A DNA stretch of 41,102 nucleotides. Source: an uncultured Synergistales bacterium. Lineage in GTDB: Bacteria > Synergistota > Synergistia > Synergistales > Aminobacteriaceae. The notes below the pieces were generated by a model. The model was not told the origin of the DNA, ran no database searches, and saw only the letters and a program-made list of their open reading frames with translations. Positions 16,955-26,344 of the stretch are shown piece after piece. The position numbers were made by a program, and so were the translations under genes. The stretch spans positions 1-41,102 of the forward strand of contig CALCQG010000081.1 in assembly GCA_937897575.1 (NCBI GenBank), in the 5' to 3' direction. How positions within the stretch are numbered: the stretch's first letter is position 1; every line of letters begins with the position of its first letter.

Positions 16955-17956
16955 ATGGCGAAGCGCTTTTTTCTTGCGCTGTTGCTGATAGCGGCGATTT
17001 TTTCGATTCGCTGCACGGCGGAAGAACGGGTACACCTCAATATGGGCAGCACGTCGTCGTCGTCGGGTATCTATGCCTGGTGTGTTGCCGCAGCCAATGC
17101 CATCAACGCGTCCGGTACGGGGCTCTACGTCACGGTGGTCGAGAGCGGGGCGGGCATGGACAACCTCCGGAAGGTCCGGGACGGCGTCTTCGACTTCGCC
17201 CTGGCGGTGGACCTCCCGGGAACTCTCCAGCTCTACAAGGGCACGGATACCTTTCAAGGGGCCCCCTACCCGGAGATTCGGTGGCTCTTCCTGAGGAACA
17301 TCTTCGCAGACCGACTCTACGTCCTGAGGGATTCGGGCATCAGAACCTTCGGAGACCTGTCGGGGAAGCGCTTTTCCCCCGGCATCCCGGGTTCCACGTC
17401 CGCTACGCTCGTCATGCAGTACGATCGCCTTCTCGGGACGGGCATCCAGATGGTCCCGTCGACGCTGGGGGACGCCCTCAACGCCCTCAGGGAGCGGCGG
17501 ATAGTGGGGCTTCAGAAGTCCAGCGGACTGGATGCGATCGACGCCTCCCTCGTGGAGGTCAACCTGACGACGCCCCTCACGGTGATCGGCTACTCCGAGG
17601 AGGACGTGCGCCGGATCCAGGCCGTCCTTCCTCACATGACCTTCCTGCGGCGGGAGAAGGGGAGCATCGCCGACTTCCCCGACGTGGGCCCCATATGGGA
17701 GGAGGCGCCCATTGCCGGCGCAGTGGCGACGAGCGCCATGCCCGAGGACGTGGGCTACCGGATCGTCAAGGCCTACGTGGAGAAGTTCGATGAGATCGCG
17801 GCCGCCTACGGCCCGATCCGGGGCTTCGACCCGGTGCGGGATTACTTCGAACAGGCAGGTGAAGACGTGGTCCCGGCCCATGCCGGACTGATCCGGTACG
17901 CCAGGGAGCAGGGCATCCCCGTCCCCGACCGCTTCCTCCCGCCCGAATGCCGGTGA
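16955..17956 (+). CDS. TAXI-family TRAP transporter solute-binding protein
   Basis: Signal peptide, then MGSTSSSSGIY, ESGAGMDNL, DSGIRTFGDLSGKR and PAHAGLIRY motifs. Confidence 0.88.
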   Translation: MAKRFFLALLLIAAIFSIRCTAEERVHLNMGSTSSSSGIYAWCVAAANAINASGTGLYVTVVESGAGMDNLRKVRDGVFDFALAVDLPGTLQLYKGTDTFQGAPYPEIRWLFLRNIFADRLYVLRDSGIRTFGDLSGKRFSPGIPGSTSATLVMQYDRLLGTGIQMVPSTLGDALNALRERRIVGLQKSSGLDAIDASLVEVNLTTPLTVIGYSEEDVRRIQAVLPHMTFLRREKGSIADFPDVGPIWEEAPIAGAVATSAMPEDVGYRIVKAYVEKFDEIAAAYGPIRGFDPVRDYFEQAGEDVVPAHAGLIRYAREQGIPVPDRFLPPECR

Positions 17957-18008
17957 CTGAGGCGATTCTCCAAAGGACGTCACGTTCCAGGCTGCCCGGG
18001 GTGCCGTC

Positions 18009-19898
18009 ATGACCGCGGAGCGGTTTCCCGAGCAGGCGCGGCGGAGGGTTCTCTTCCTCCTCAGCCTCTCCTTCGCCGTATTTCAGCTCGCCGTCCCCAT
18101 CCTCTTCACGGGTTTTCTCGACATCCAGCTCAGGGCGGTTCACATCGCCCTTGGCTTGTCCGTGGCCCTCCTTTCCGCCCCGACGGGGAGATGGCGGGGT
18201 GCAACAGAGGGCGTCATGATCGCCGTCCTCGTCGCCGCCAACGTCAATGCCTACAGGGAGGCCCTCGCCATCTACATGGGGGGCACGCCGTCGGGCGGGT
18301 GGGACGTGATCCTCGGCGTCTGCCTGATCCTTGTGGTCCTCGAGAGCGCGCGCCGCACCGTCGGGCTGGTCATCCCCACCATGGTAGCCCTGCTGATCGC
18401 CTACATTTATTTCGGCGAGGCCTTCCCCGGAATATGGAAGCTGAAGGGCATCGGACTCCGCTTCGTCGTCGACTCACTCTACTATTCCCCCCTGGGCATA
18501 TACGGCAGCGTTACGGGCATGTCCGCCACGTTCATCGCCATGTTCGTCATCTTCGGCTCACTTCTGTCGTCCACGGGGGGAGGAAAGACGTTCATCGACA
18601 TCGCCATGGCCCTGACGGGTCGCTACCGGGGCGGGCCGGCCAAGGCGTCCGTGGTGGCGAGCGCCCTGTTCGGCAGCATCTCGGGCAGCTCCATCGCGAA
18701 CGTCATGGTGACGGGCAACTACACGATTCCCCTGATGATGAGAATGGGGTACAAACCCGAGTTCGCCGGCGCCGTGGAGGCCATCGCCTCATCCGGAGGC
18801 GGCATCACGCCGCCTCTGATGAGCGTGGCGGCGTTCATGATGGCCGAGTTTCTGGGCATCTCCTATTTCAGGATCATCGGATACGCGCTTCTGCCCTGCC
18901 TTCTGTACTACACGGGGGTCCTGAGCGGAGTCCACTTCCGGACCCTTCGCATGAACATCGGACGTCTGCCCGACGACGAGATCCCCCGATGGAGCAGCGT
19001 CCTGTCGGCGGGGAGATTGACGGGGCTCCTGATTCCCGTCGGCCTGCTCATCGGCCTGACCGCACGGGGGCAACCCCTTCAGCTGGCCGGTCTGTACGCC
19101 GTTCTGGCCACCTTGGCGATCTTCCTGGTGACGGGCGTCGTGACCGGACAGGGTGGTGAAAGGGTACGGTCCATCATCGCCGCTCTGGCCGACGGAGGCG
19201 GGGATGTGGCCCGGATCGTGCCCATCCTGGTCTCGGTGAGCATGCTGGTGAACCTCGTGGGGATAGCGGGCATCGCGCCCAAGATCAGCGGCCTGATCCT
19301 GCAGGTGGGGGACAGGAACCTCTACCTCTCGCTGCTTCTGGCGACCGTCGTCCCCTTCACCCTCGGGACCTCTCTCCCCGTGATCCCCACCTACGTGCTC
19401 TCCGTGTCCATTCTTATCCCTCCGCTCTCCCGGATCGGAATAGACCCCGTTGCCGCCCACTTTTTCTTCATCTACTGCGCCGTCCTCGGCGGTGTAACCC
19501 CGCCCGTCTGCACAACCGCCGTGGCGGCCGCGGGGATCGCGAAGGGGGACTGGCTTCTGACGGGGCTGAATGCCATGCGCCTCGGGGCCGTGGCCTTCAT
19601 CCTTCCCTTTTTCTTCGCCCTCAACCCCGCCCTCGTGGGACGGGCTCCGTTCTACGACGTTCTTCTCAGCGGTGGGGCGGCGTTCATCGGGACGATCGGC
19701 ATCGCCTACGGCCTCTTCAGCTATCGGCTCCCTCGCCTTCTGAACGCCGTACTCTGCGCCGCCTTCATCGTGGGGGGGACGCTGCTGCTCTTTCCCGGAG
19801 AACTGCTGCCGGCCATCGGCGTCGTGACAGTCTGCGCAGCCTTTATCACCGACAGGATGACGGAACGACGAAGGAGGCAAAACACCCCGCTGTCTTGA
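18009..19898 (+). CDS. TRAP transporter fused 4TM/12TM permease (DctQM)
   Basis: GGPAKASVVASALFGSISGSSIANV, AGAVEAIASSGG and VTPPV motifs; 629 aa, hydrophobic. Confidence 0.92.
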   Translation: MTAERFPEQARRRVLFLLSLSFAVFQLAVPILFTGFLDIQLRAVHIALGLSVALLSAPTGRWRGATEGVMIAVLVAANVNAYREALAIYMGGTPSGGWDVILGVCLILVVLESARRTVGLVIPTMVALLIAYIYFGEAFPGIWKLKGIGLRFVVDSLYYSPLGIYGSVTGMSATFIAMFVIFGSLLSSTGGGKTFIDIAMALTGRYRGGPAKASVVASALFGSISGSSIANVMVTGNYTIPLMMRMGYKPEFAGAVEAIASSGGGITPPLMSVAAFMMAEFLGISYFRIIGYALLPCLLYYTGVLSGVHFRTLRMNIGRLPDDEIPRWSSVLSAGRLTGLLIPVGLLIGLTARGQPLQLAGLYAVLATLAIFLVTGVVTGQGGERVRSIIAALADGGGDVARIVPILVSVSMLVNLVGIAGIAPKISGLILQVGDRNLYLSLLLATVVPFTLGTSLPVIPTYVLSVSILIPPLSRIGIDPVAAHFFFIYCAVLGGVTPPVCTTAVAAAGIAKGDWLLTGLNAMRLGAVAFILPFFFALNPALVGRAPFYDVLLSGGAAFIGTIGIAYGLFSYRLPRLLNAVLCAAFIVGGTLLLFPGELLPAIGVVTVCAAFITDRMTERRRRQNTPLS

Positions 19899-20068
19899 AC
19901 GGCACGCCCCTGCATACCCCTTTCGGAATGAACGATTCTCTCCCCGGACACCATAAATATACATACTATTCTTTCTACGGAAGTTTTATCCGACAAAACT
20001 CTCCTATCGTTGCAGCCATGCCCTTCGTCGTATTTTGCCGAGTCGGTGATTATACGTGCTTGTCCTGC

Positions 20069-20098
20069 TTGACAAAGGGAGAGAACGTGCTGTAGAAT
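20069..20098 (+). promoter_or_regulatory. Sigma70-type promoter
   Basis: TTGACA (20069-20074), N18 spacer, TAGAAT (20093-20098). Confidence 0.7.
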
Positions 20099-20110
20099 TT
20101 AACAGACAAC

Positions 20111-20124
20111 GGAAATTGACTTCC
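20111..20124. promoter_or_regulatory. NrpR-type operator GGAA-N6-TTCC
   Basis: cGGAA-ATTGAC-TTCC, 12 nt downstream of the -10 box. An nrpR-like gene lies 4 kb away. Confidence 0.45.
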
Positions 20125-20312
20125 TAATATATGCGTCGCGGATTCTTTCGCGAACGAACGGCTCTCCCGGCCCGTTTGTTTCCAGGCAATCACCCCCCTG
20201 TGGCGGAGCGTCGAGGGTCGTCGTAGGAGAAAAGAAGACCGTCCGAGAAGAATGCATCGCCTTCCTGCGAACGGTGCGTCCTCTGGACATCGGAGGAAAG
20301 GGGGAAAGACCA

Positions 20313-20405
20313 ATGGGTGCCAAGATATTCTTGCTTGCCATAGCTGTTTTTCTGGTGCTCGGGATTATCTTCAGCAATAAAAAGAAGCCCGATGAGAACG
20401 TGTAA
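20313..20405 (+). CDS. Small single-TM peptide, 30 aa (MGAKIFLLAIAVFLVLGIIFSNKKKPDENV)
   Basis: Purine-rich RBS GGAGGAAAGGGGG. 16-residue hydrophobic core followed by KKK. Promoter upstream, terminator directly downstream. Too short for the ORF track. Confidence 0.7.
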   Translation: MGAKIFLLAIAVFLVLGIIFSNKKKPDENV

Positions 20406-20421
20406 CACAACACGCCCCGTC

Positions 20422-20481
20422 CCGGTGGAGAAGAGTCTGGAGAGGTTTCCCCCTCGCCTCGTTTTCTCCACCGGTTTTTTT
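20422..20481 (+). terminator. Terminator after the 30-aa peptide gene
   Basis: CCGGTGGAGAA (20422-20432) pairs with TTCTCCACCGG (20464-20474), followed by T7. Confidence 0.75.
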
Positions 20482-20735
20482 GTCTAGAACCGAGGGGTCG
20501 GACATCCACGTCTCATTGTCCTCCTCGAAGAGCGAGGAGGGCTTCTCGGGTCGCCTCTCTGTGCGACCAGCAGCTGCGTTACCCCCCCGTCGTCGGTCGC
20601 CCGCGCTGCAGCCCTACGACGAACGAAGCGTCGACCTGATCGCGTGGGGAGCGATGCACCGGGTTGCTGTCCGCCCGTGATCCGCGAAGAAGGAACGGAC
20701 GTGCCATGTGCCAGGAGGAGGGAGGTGCGTTTCCC

Positions 20736-20846
20736 ATGAACCCGCCGCCGATGATGAACAAAGCGACGATCATATGGCTTGCCATTATGGCTGTAATCGG
20801 GGTCGTCATGATCACGATGAAGCTCAGGACGAAGAACAGAGGGTAG
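20736..20846 (+). CDS. Small single-TM peptide, 36 aa (MNPPPMMNKATIIWLAIMAVIGVVMITMKLRTKNRG)
   Basis: Strong RBS AGGAGGAGGGAGGT. Hydrophobic helix followed by the basic tail KLRTKNR. Confidence 0.7.
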   Translation: MNPPPMMNKATIIWLAIMAVIGVVMITMKLRTKNRG

Positions 20847-20930
20847 ATGCGCGGGAACGGGATGACCGGTCCCGGAGGTTTGGCTCGCTCTTCGACGCTC
20901 AGGGCGGGTTTTGAGAAAGGGATCTGGATG

Positions 20931-20975
20931 AAAAGCGCCCCCGGGCCGGAGTGTTCCGGCTCAGGGGCGCTTTTT
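20931..20975. terminator. Bidirectional terminator
   Basis: AAAAGCGCCCC-CGGGCCGGA-GTGT-TCCGGCTCA-GGGGCGCTTTTT between convergent genes. Confidence 0.8.
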
Positions 20976-21005
20976 CCACATGGAGTCCTTTCTTTCGCCT
21001 TCTGA

Positions 21006-21326
21006 TTACAGGTAGTCGCAGAGGTATTCGCAGGGCGTAGCACACTTGAACTGATAGGAGGAGTTCCCCGGAACGTCGAAGTCCTCCCCGGCCGTGACGG
21101 TGCGCCATTTCGTCTCGCCCGGGAGCAGTATCTCGGCCGTCCCGTTGGTGATGTGCATGACCTCCGGCTGGTCGGTTCCGAAGGTGTACTCACCCGGAAG
21201 GAAGACGCCGACGGTCTTCCGCGTGCCCTTCTCGTCGTACACCGTCCGGCTCTGGACCTTGCCGTCGAAGTAGATGTTCGCAAGCAGGCCGATCTCCACG
21301 TTCTTCAGGGTCTTCCCTCTGTTCAT
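21006..21326 (-). CDS. ppnP: Pyrimidine/purine nucleoside phosphorylase (DUF1255)
   Basis: ANIYFDGKVQSR, KTVGVFLPGEYTFGT, FDVPGNS and YLCDY motifs. Confidence 0.92.
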   Translation of the reverse strand: MNRGKTLKNVEIGLLANIYFDGKVQSRTVYDEKGTRKTVGVFLPGEYTFGTDQPEVMHITNGTAEILLPGETKWRTVTAGEDFDVPGNSSYQFKCATPCEYLCDYL

Positions 21327-21403
21327 GGACGCATCACTCCTTGTGAAATTATGAACGGATCGTCCTTATTATACTGCATCCCGCGACGACGAGAATATAG
21401 GAT

Positions 21404-21946
21404 TCAGACCGACGCCCCCAGGGTGAAGGCCTCTTCGAGGGCCTCGGCGTTCTCGCTCGCCGGGAGACTCCCCGTGGAAATGCCCAGAGAGCCGATAAAA
21501 TCGATCTCGAGGTATTCGCAGATGCAGCGGAAGGTGCTTTTCAGGAGCTCCGCGCCGGAATTGTGATCCTCCCCCTCGTAGGTCATGAGGAGAAAGAGCT
21601 TTTTACCCTGCAGGGCCGAGTAGTCCAGCGCGTAGAGGCGGTCCAGGTAGAGCTTCACCTGGGCGGGCATGGACCACCAGTAGATGGGGAAGGCGAAGAT
21701 CAGGAGATCCGCCTTGGTGGTCAGGGAGTAGAGCTTCTCCATATCGTCGGGGATGACGCATTCGCCGGTGCCCTTGCCGTCTTTCTTGCACCCGTTGCAT
21801 GAGGTGCACGGCGCGATCTTTTCCCCGTGGAGCCAGACCATCTCCCCCTCATGGCCTTTCGAGGCGAGCCCGTCAAGGAAGGAGGAGAGTGCGACCGCCG
21901 TATTGCCCGTCCGTCGTGGACTTCCAAAAAGAGCGAGGTATCTCAT
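21404..21946 (-). CDS. Flavodoxin-like iron-sulfur flavoprotein (NADPH-dependent FMN reductase family)
   Basis: GSPRRTGNT, CTSCNGC...C-DDM and PIYWWSMPAQVKLYLDR motifs. Confidence 0.88.
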   Translation of the reverse strand: MRYLALFGSPRRTGNTAVALSSFLDGLASKGHEGEMVWLHGEKIAPCTSCNGCKKDGKGTGECVIPDDMEKLYSLTTKADLLIFAFPIYWWSMPAQVKLYLDRLYALDYSALQGKKLFLLMTYEGEDHNSGAELLKSTFRCICEYLEIDFIGSLGISTGSLPASENAEALEEAFTLGASV

Positions 21947-22040
21947 CCCATCATCTCCTTTGCTGTTGCTCTCTTGTGACAAGTGTACATCGTCGCGGTC
22001 CGGGTGAAAAGCGACCGGGTGCCGGGAGAGGAAGCATCCT

Positions 22041-23213
22041 CTATTCCCGTGAGTAGACCACCTCGCCGTCGATCATGGTCCGCACCACGTGGCTCCGAGC
22101 GTCGAGGGGGTCGCCGTCCCAGAGGACGAGGTCGGCGTCCTTGTCCTTTTCGATGGAGCCGAGGCGCCTCTCGATGCCGAGATGTTCCGCCGCCGACAGG
22201 GTCACGGCTCTCAGGGCCTCGTCGCGGGGGAGGCCGGCGCGGACGGCGAGGGAGAGGCACACGGAGAGATGCTCGATGGGGATGACGGGGTGGTCGGTGA
22301 TGATGCAGAAGTGAACCCCCGCCCTCCAGAGGGCCACGGGCGTCTCCCAGGTCTTGTTCCGAAGCTCGAGCTTGGTCTTCGCCGAGAGCGTCGGGCCGAT
22401 GGCCGCCCGCACCTTTTTCTCCGCGAGGAAGGGCGCGATGAGATGCCCCTCGGTGCAGTGCTCGATGGTGTAGGCGAGGTCGAACTCCTCCGCGATGCGG
22501 ATGGCCGTCGCTATGTCGTCGCTTCTGTGGGCGTGGATGCAGAGGGGCAGGTCGCCGTCGATGACGAGGGAAAGGGCGTCGAGGCCGATATTCCGCTCAT
22601 AGCCCTCGCTCTTGCTCTTGGCATTGATCTCCTTGATCCGGTAGTTTCCGGCGTTGACGAAGGCCTGGCGGAGGAGGGCGGCGCTCCCCATCCTGGTGTT
22701 GGGCAGCTTCTGCTTCGCCTTGTACACGCGCACGGGGTTCTCGCCGAGGGCGGCCTTCATGGATGAGGGCGCCTTCACGATCATCTGGTCGATGGTCCTC
22801 CGGACGCCGCCGTGAACGGTGCAGGTCTTGATGATGGCGCCCTGGCCTCCGATCACGTTGCCGCTGCCCGGGAGGGTCTGGACGCAGGTGACCCCTCCGG
22901 CCAGGGCATCGGCGAAGGCCGTATCGTCCGGGTAGACGGCGTCGATGATGCGAAGCTGCGGCGCGATTGGGTCCACCATGTCGTTGGAGTCGCCCATGTC
23001 CTCGGGAAAACCCTCGCAGTAGGTCCCGATGTGGGTGTGGGCGTCGATGAAGCCGGGTGTGACGACGCAACTCCTTCCGTCGATCACATCGGTGGCGTCC
23101 TTCGGGTCGAGCCCCGGCTCGACCCGGGTAAACTTCCCGTTTTCTACGAAAACAGTGGCGTTGGAGAGGGTCTCTCTTCCTGTTACAAGGGTACCGGCCA
23201 GAATGGCTTTCAT
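22041..23213 (-). CDS. Metal-dependent amidohydrolase (imidazolonepropionase-like superfamily)
   Basis: PGFIDAHTH, KAALGENP, HAHRSDDI, EH, TDHP and GSIEKDKDADLV motifs. ATG 23213 follows AAGGAG. Confidence 0.9.
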   Translation of the reverse strand: MKAILAGTLVTGRETLSNATVFVENGKFTRVEPGLDPKDATDVIDGRSCVVTPGFIDAHTHIGTYCEGFPEDMGDSNDMVDPIAPQLRIIDAVYPDDTAFADALAGGVTCVQTLPGSGNVIGGQGAIIKTCTVHGGVRRTIDQMIVKAPSSMKAALGENPVRVYKAKQKLPNTRMGSAALLRQAFVNAGNYRIKEINAKSKSEGYERNIGLDALSLVIDGDLPLCIHAHRSDDIATAIRIAEEFDLAYTIEHCTEGHLIAPFLAEKKVRAAIGPTLSAKTKLELRNKTWETPVALWRAGVHFCIITDHPVIPIEHLSVCLSLAVRAGLPRDEALRAVTLSAAEHLGIERRLGSIEKDKDADLVLWDGDPLDARSHVVRTMIDGEVVYSRE

Positions 23214-23341
23214 GGGTCGCGGATCTCCTTTCCTGTGTGCAGGCTGTCTGTGTATTGTATCGCACGAGAGCGCAGAAGAACAAAAAAAGAGGGTCATGAT
23301 GCTGATGAATACTCACCAAAACAGGGTGACTGTTCTTCGCC

Positions 23342-23379
23342 AAAAAATAGCCTCCGCCGCGGGAAAACGCGGCGGAGGT
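23342..23379 (-). terminator. Terminator of the gcv operon
   Basis: GCCTCCGCCGCG-N6-CGCGGCGGAGGT stem with A6 on the plus strand (U-tract on the minus strand). Confidence 0.8.
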
Positions 23380-23408
23380 TCAGGCGAATTACAAAGGGCA
23401 GGATTTCT

Positions 23409-24770
23409 TCAGGCCTTTGCCTCCGCCGCCCTGGCGCAGGCGTCCCTGAAGCACTCGCAGAGGGTGGGGTGGGCGTGGACGGTGCGGGTCACCTCTTCGG
23501 CGGTCATCCCCTTCGCGACGGCGAGGGTCGCCTCGCCGAGAAGGGAGGCCGCCTCGGGGCCCATGATGTGGACGCCGAGGATCCTCCTGTCCGATGCCCT
23601 GGCGACGATCTTCACGAAGCCGTCCCCCTGCCCCAGGGCGAGGGCCATGCCGTTTGCCGCGAAGTAGGCCTTGGCCGTCACGACCTCCTCCCCCCGGCTC
23701 TTCGCCTCCTCCTCGGTGAGCCCCGTCACGGCCACCTCGGGGTCGATGAAGATGCAGGAGGGGAGGGCGTCCATGTTCACACGGTAGGGATCGCCGGTCA
23801 TGTCCCCCACGGCAGCGAGGGCCTGGTACTCGGCCAGGTGGGCCAGCATGGCCCCGCCGGTGCAGTCGCCAATGGCGTAGACTCCCTCCACGGACGTCCT
23901 CATGGCTTCGTCCACCGCGATGGCCCCTTTTCGGACCGCCACGGAGCTCCCCTCGAGGCCGAAGCCGTCCAGGATGGGGTCCATGCTGGACGCCACGATG
24001 AGGGCGTCGCACCGCTCCTCGAAGGGGACGTCCTTCTCGGTGCCCGAGAGGGTGAGTCCCCCGTCCGATTCGACGGCCCGGATGAGGGTGACGTAGTCCC
24101 GCATGACGGTCTTCCGCCCCTTCAGGGCCTTGACCACGGCCTTCTTGACGTCGCCGTCCATCCGGCGAAGGACCTGGTCCGAGTGCTTGAGGAGCACGAC
24201 CTCCTTGCCGAGCCCCTGGAGCATCATGGCCATCTCCAGGGCGATGACCCCCGCGCCGAGGACCGCAACTCGCTTCACGTCCTGGTTCTGTCGGGGGTCC
24301 CAGAGCAGAGGGGCAGTGATGGCCCAGTCCCCCGTGAAGATCTTCGCCCCCCTGTTCCCCTCGAACTCCGGCAGCACCGACCGGGCCCCCGTGGCGATGA
24401 GGAGCCTGGCGGCGGTAAGGTCCTCCGTCGTGCCGTCCGCTTTCCCGACGGTGATTCTCTTCTCGCCCTCCCACTGGGTGACGGTGCCGTGCCCCCTGTA
24501 GACCGGGACTTTGGCCATGCGAAGGGCGGTGGTGGTCCCCTGGCGAAGCTTGTTCACCACGGTCTCCACCCGGTCCCAGAGCCCCTCCCTCGTGCCGTGT
24601 CCGCCGATGATGTGGGCGTACAGCGCCTTCGTGGGGATGCACCCCCTGTTGAGACACGTTCCTCCAAGCTGGTCCTTCTCAACCAGCGCCACCTTCATGC
24701 CCCGGGCAGACGCGAGCTCGGCGGCCTTCTGGCCTCCGGGCCCCCCGCCGAGGACCACGAGATCGTACAT
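23409..24770 (-). CDS. lpdA: Dihydrolipoyl dehydrogenase (glycine cleavage L protein)
   Basis: GGGPGG FAD motif, GGTCLNRGCIPTK redox disulfide and HPTLCE; located in the gcv operon. Confidence 0.93.
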   Translation of the reverse strand: MYDLVVLGGGPGGQKAAELASARGMKVALVEKDQLGGTCLNRGCIPTKALYAHIIGGHGTREGLWDRVETVVNKLRQGTTTALRMAKVPVYRGHGTVTQWEGEKRITVGKADGTTEDLTAARLLIATGARSVLPEFEGNRGAKIFTGDWAITAPLLWDPRQNQDVKRVAVLGAGVIALEMAMMLQGLGKEVVLLKHSDQVLRRMDGDVKKAVVKALKGRKTVMRDYVTLIRAVESDGGLTLSGTEKDVPFEERCDALIVASSMDPILDGFGLEGSSVAVRKGAIAVDEAMRTSVEGVYAIGDCTGGAMLAHLAEYQALAAVGDMTGDPYRVNMDALPSCIFIDPEVAVTGLTEEEAKSRGEEVVTAKAYFAANGMALALGQGDGFVKIVARASDRRILGVHIMGPEAASLLGEATLAVAKGMTAEEVTRTVHAHPTLCECFRDACARAAEAKA

Positions 24771-24868
24771 GATGTCCTCCTCCTTCGAAAAGGACGGGGG
24801 CCGCGCAGGGGCTCCCCGTCCTCGTTGATATCACGGTGTCCCGTGGTTCGGGACGTTCCTGTTCCCGC

Positions 24869-26344
24869 CTACTCCTGGTCGAACTGCCAGGTGAGTATGG
24901 GTTTTCGGGCCGCGGTGGTCTCGTCGGGCCTGGAGACGGGGGTTGTCAAGGGCAGATCGTGGAACGCCTCGGGGCCCTCCTGACGGGCTTTGGCGACGAT
25001 AGTCTCCATGGCTTCGACGAACCGGTCCAGGGTCTCCCGTGATTCCGTCTCGGTGGGCTCCACCATGAGGGCCTCCGGGACGATGAGGGGGAAGTAGACC
25101 GTGGGCGGATGGAACCCGGCGTCGATGAGGGCCTTGGCCACGTCGAGGCTCGTCACCTTGGTCTCGGCCTTCAGGGGCCCGCCGTTCAGGACGAACTCGT
25201 GCATGCAGTGCCCCTTGTGGGCCATGGGGTAGAGCGCTGAAAGCCTCTTCGCCAGGTAGTTGGCGTTGAGCACGGCCATCTCCGCTACGTCCCGGACCCC
25301 ATCGGGCCCGAGGCTCATGATGTACGTGTAGGCCCGGACGAGGACGCCGAAGTTGCCGTAGAAGCTCCGGATCCTTCCGATGGTCTTGGGGTGCACGTTC
25401 TGCCCTTCGAGGTGGTAGGCGCCGTCCTTGAAGGCGATGACGGGCACCGGGAGGAAGGGGACGAGCTGGGCTTTGACGCCCACGGGGCCGGCCCCCGGGC
25501 CGCCGCCGCCGTGGGGGGTGCTGAAGGTCTTGTGGAGGTTGAGGTGGAGGACGTCGAAGCCCATGTCGCCGGGGCGGACCTTGCCGACGATGGCGTTGGC
25601 GTTGGCTCCATCGTAGTAGACGAGGCCTCCCGCCTTGTGGATCGTCTCGGTGAGTTCCAGGATATGACGCTCGAAGATCCCGAGGGTGTTGGGGTTCGTG
25701 AGCATGAGCCCCGCCACGGTGTCGTCCATGAGCCCCTTGAGGGCCTCCAGGTCCACCATGCCCTCGCTGTCCGACGGGACCTCCACCACGTCGAACCCCG
25801 TGACCGAGGCCGACGCCGGGTTGGTGCCGTGGGCAGAGTCCGGGACGATGATCTTGGTCCGTTTCATATCGCCCCGGCTCTCATGCCAGGCCTTGATGAG
25901 CATGAGCCCCGTCTGTTCGCCGTGGGCCCCCGCCGCCGGCTGGAGGGTCACGGCGTCCATCCCGGTGATCTCCGCGAGCATGGCGCCGAGGGAGTGCATG
26001 AGCTCCAGCGCCCCCTGGACGGTGTTCTCGGGCTGCAGGGGGTGGATTCTCGAGAAGCCCGGCATGCGGGCGGCCATCTCGTTGAGCTTCGGGTTGTACT
26101 TCATGGTGCACGAGCCGAGAGGGTAGAATCCGTCGTCCACGGAGAAGTTCATCTTCGAGAGCCCCGTGAAGTGACGGACCACGTCCACCTCGGCCATCTC
26201 GGGCAGCCGGGGGGAGTTCTCCCGGCACATGGTCCCGAGGATTCCGGCGCAGTCCACCTCGGGGACGTCAAGGTCGGGAAGGGTGAAGCCCGACCGCCCG
26301 GGGCGGCTCGTCTCGAAAAGTGTGTCCATGGGTGTCTTTTTCAT
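24869..26344 (-). CDS. gcvPB: Glycine dehydrogenase (decarboxylating) subunit 2
   Basis: [38 protein letters not shown] and EPTETES motifs. Confidence 0.97.
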   Translation of the reverse strand: MKKTPMDTLFETSRPGRSGFTLPDLDVPEVDCAGILGTMCRENSPRLPEMAEVDVVRHFTGLSKMNFSVDDGFYPLGSCTMKYNPKLNEMAARMPGFSRIHPLQPENTVQGALELMHSLGAMLAEITGMDAVTLQPAAGAHGEQTGLMLIKAWHESRGDMKRTKIIVPDSAHGTNPASASVTGFDVVEVPSDSEGMVDLEALKGLMDDTVAGLMLTNPNTLGIFERHILELTETIHKAGGLVYYDGANANAIVGKVRPGDMGFDVLHLNLHKTFSTPHGGGGPGAGPVGVKAQLVPFLPVPVIAFKDGAYHLEGQNVHPKTIGRIRSFYGNFGVLVRAYTYIMSLGPDGVRDVAEMAVLNANYLAKRLSALYPMAHKGHCMHEFVLNGGPLKAETKVTSLDVAKALIDAGFHPPTVYFPLIVPEALMVEPTETESRETLDRFVEAMETIVAKARQEGPEAFHDLPLTTPVSRPDETTAARKPILTWQFDQE

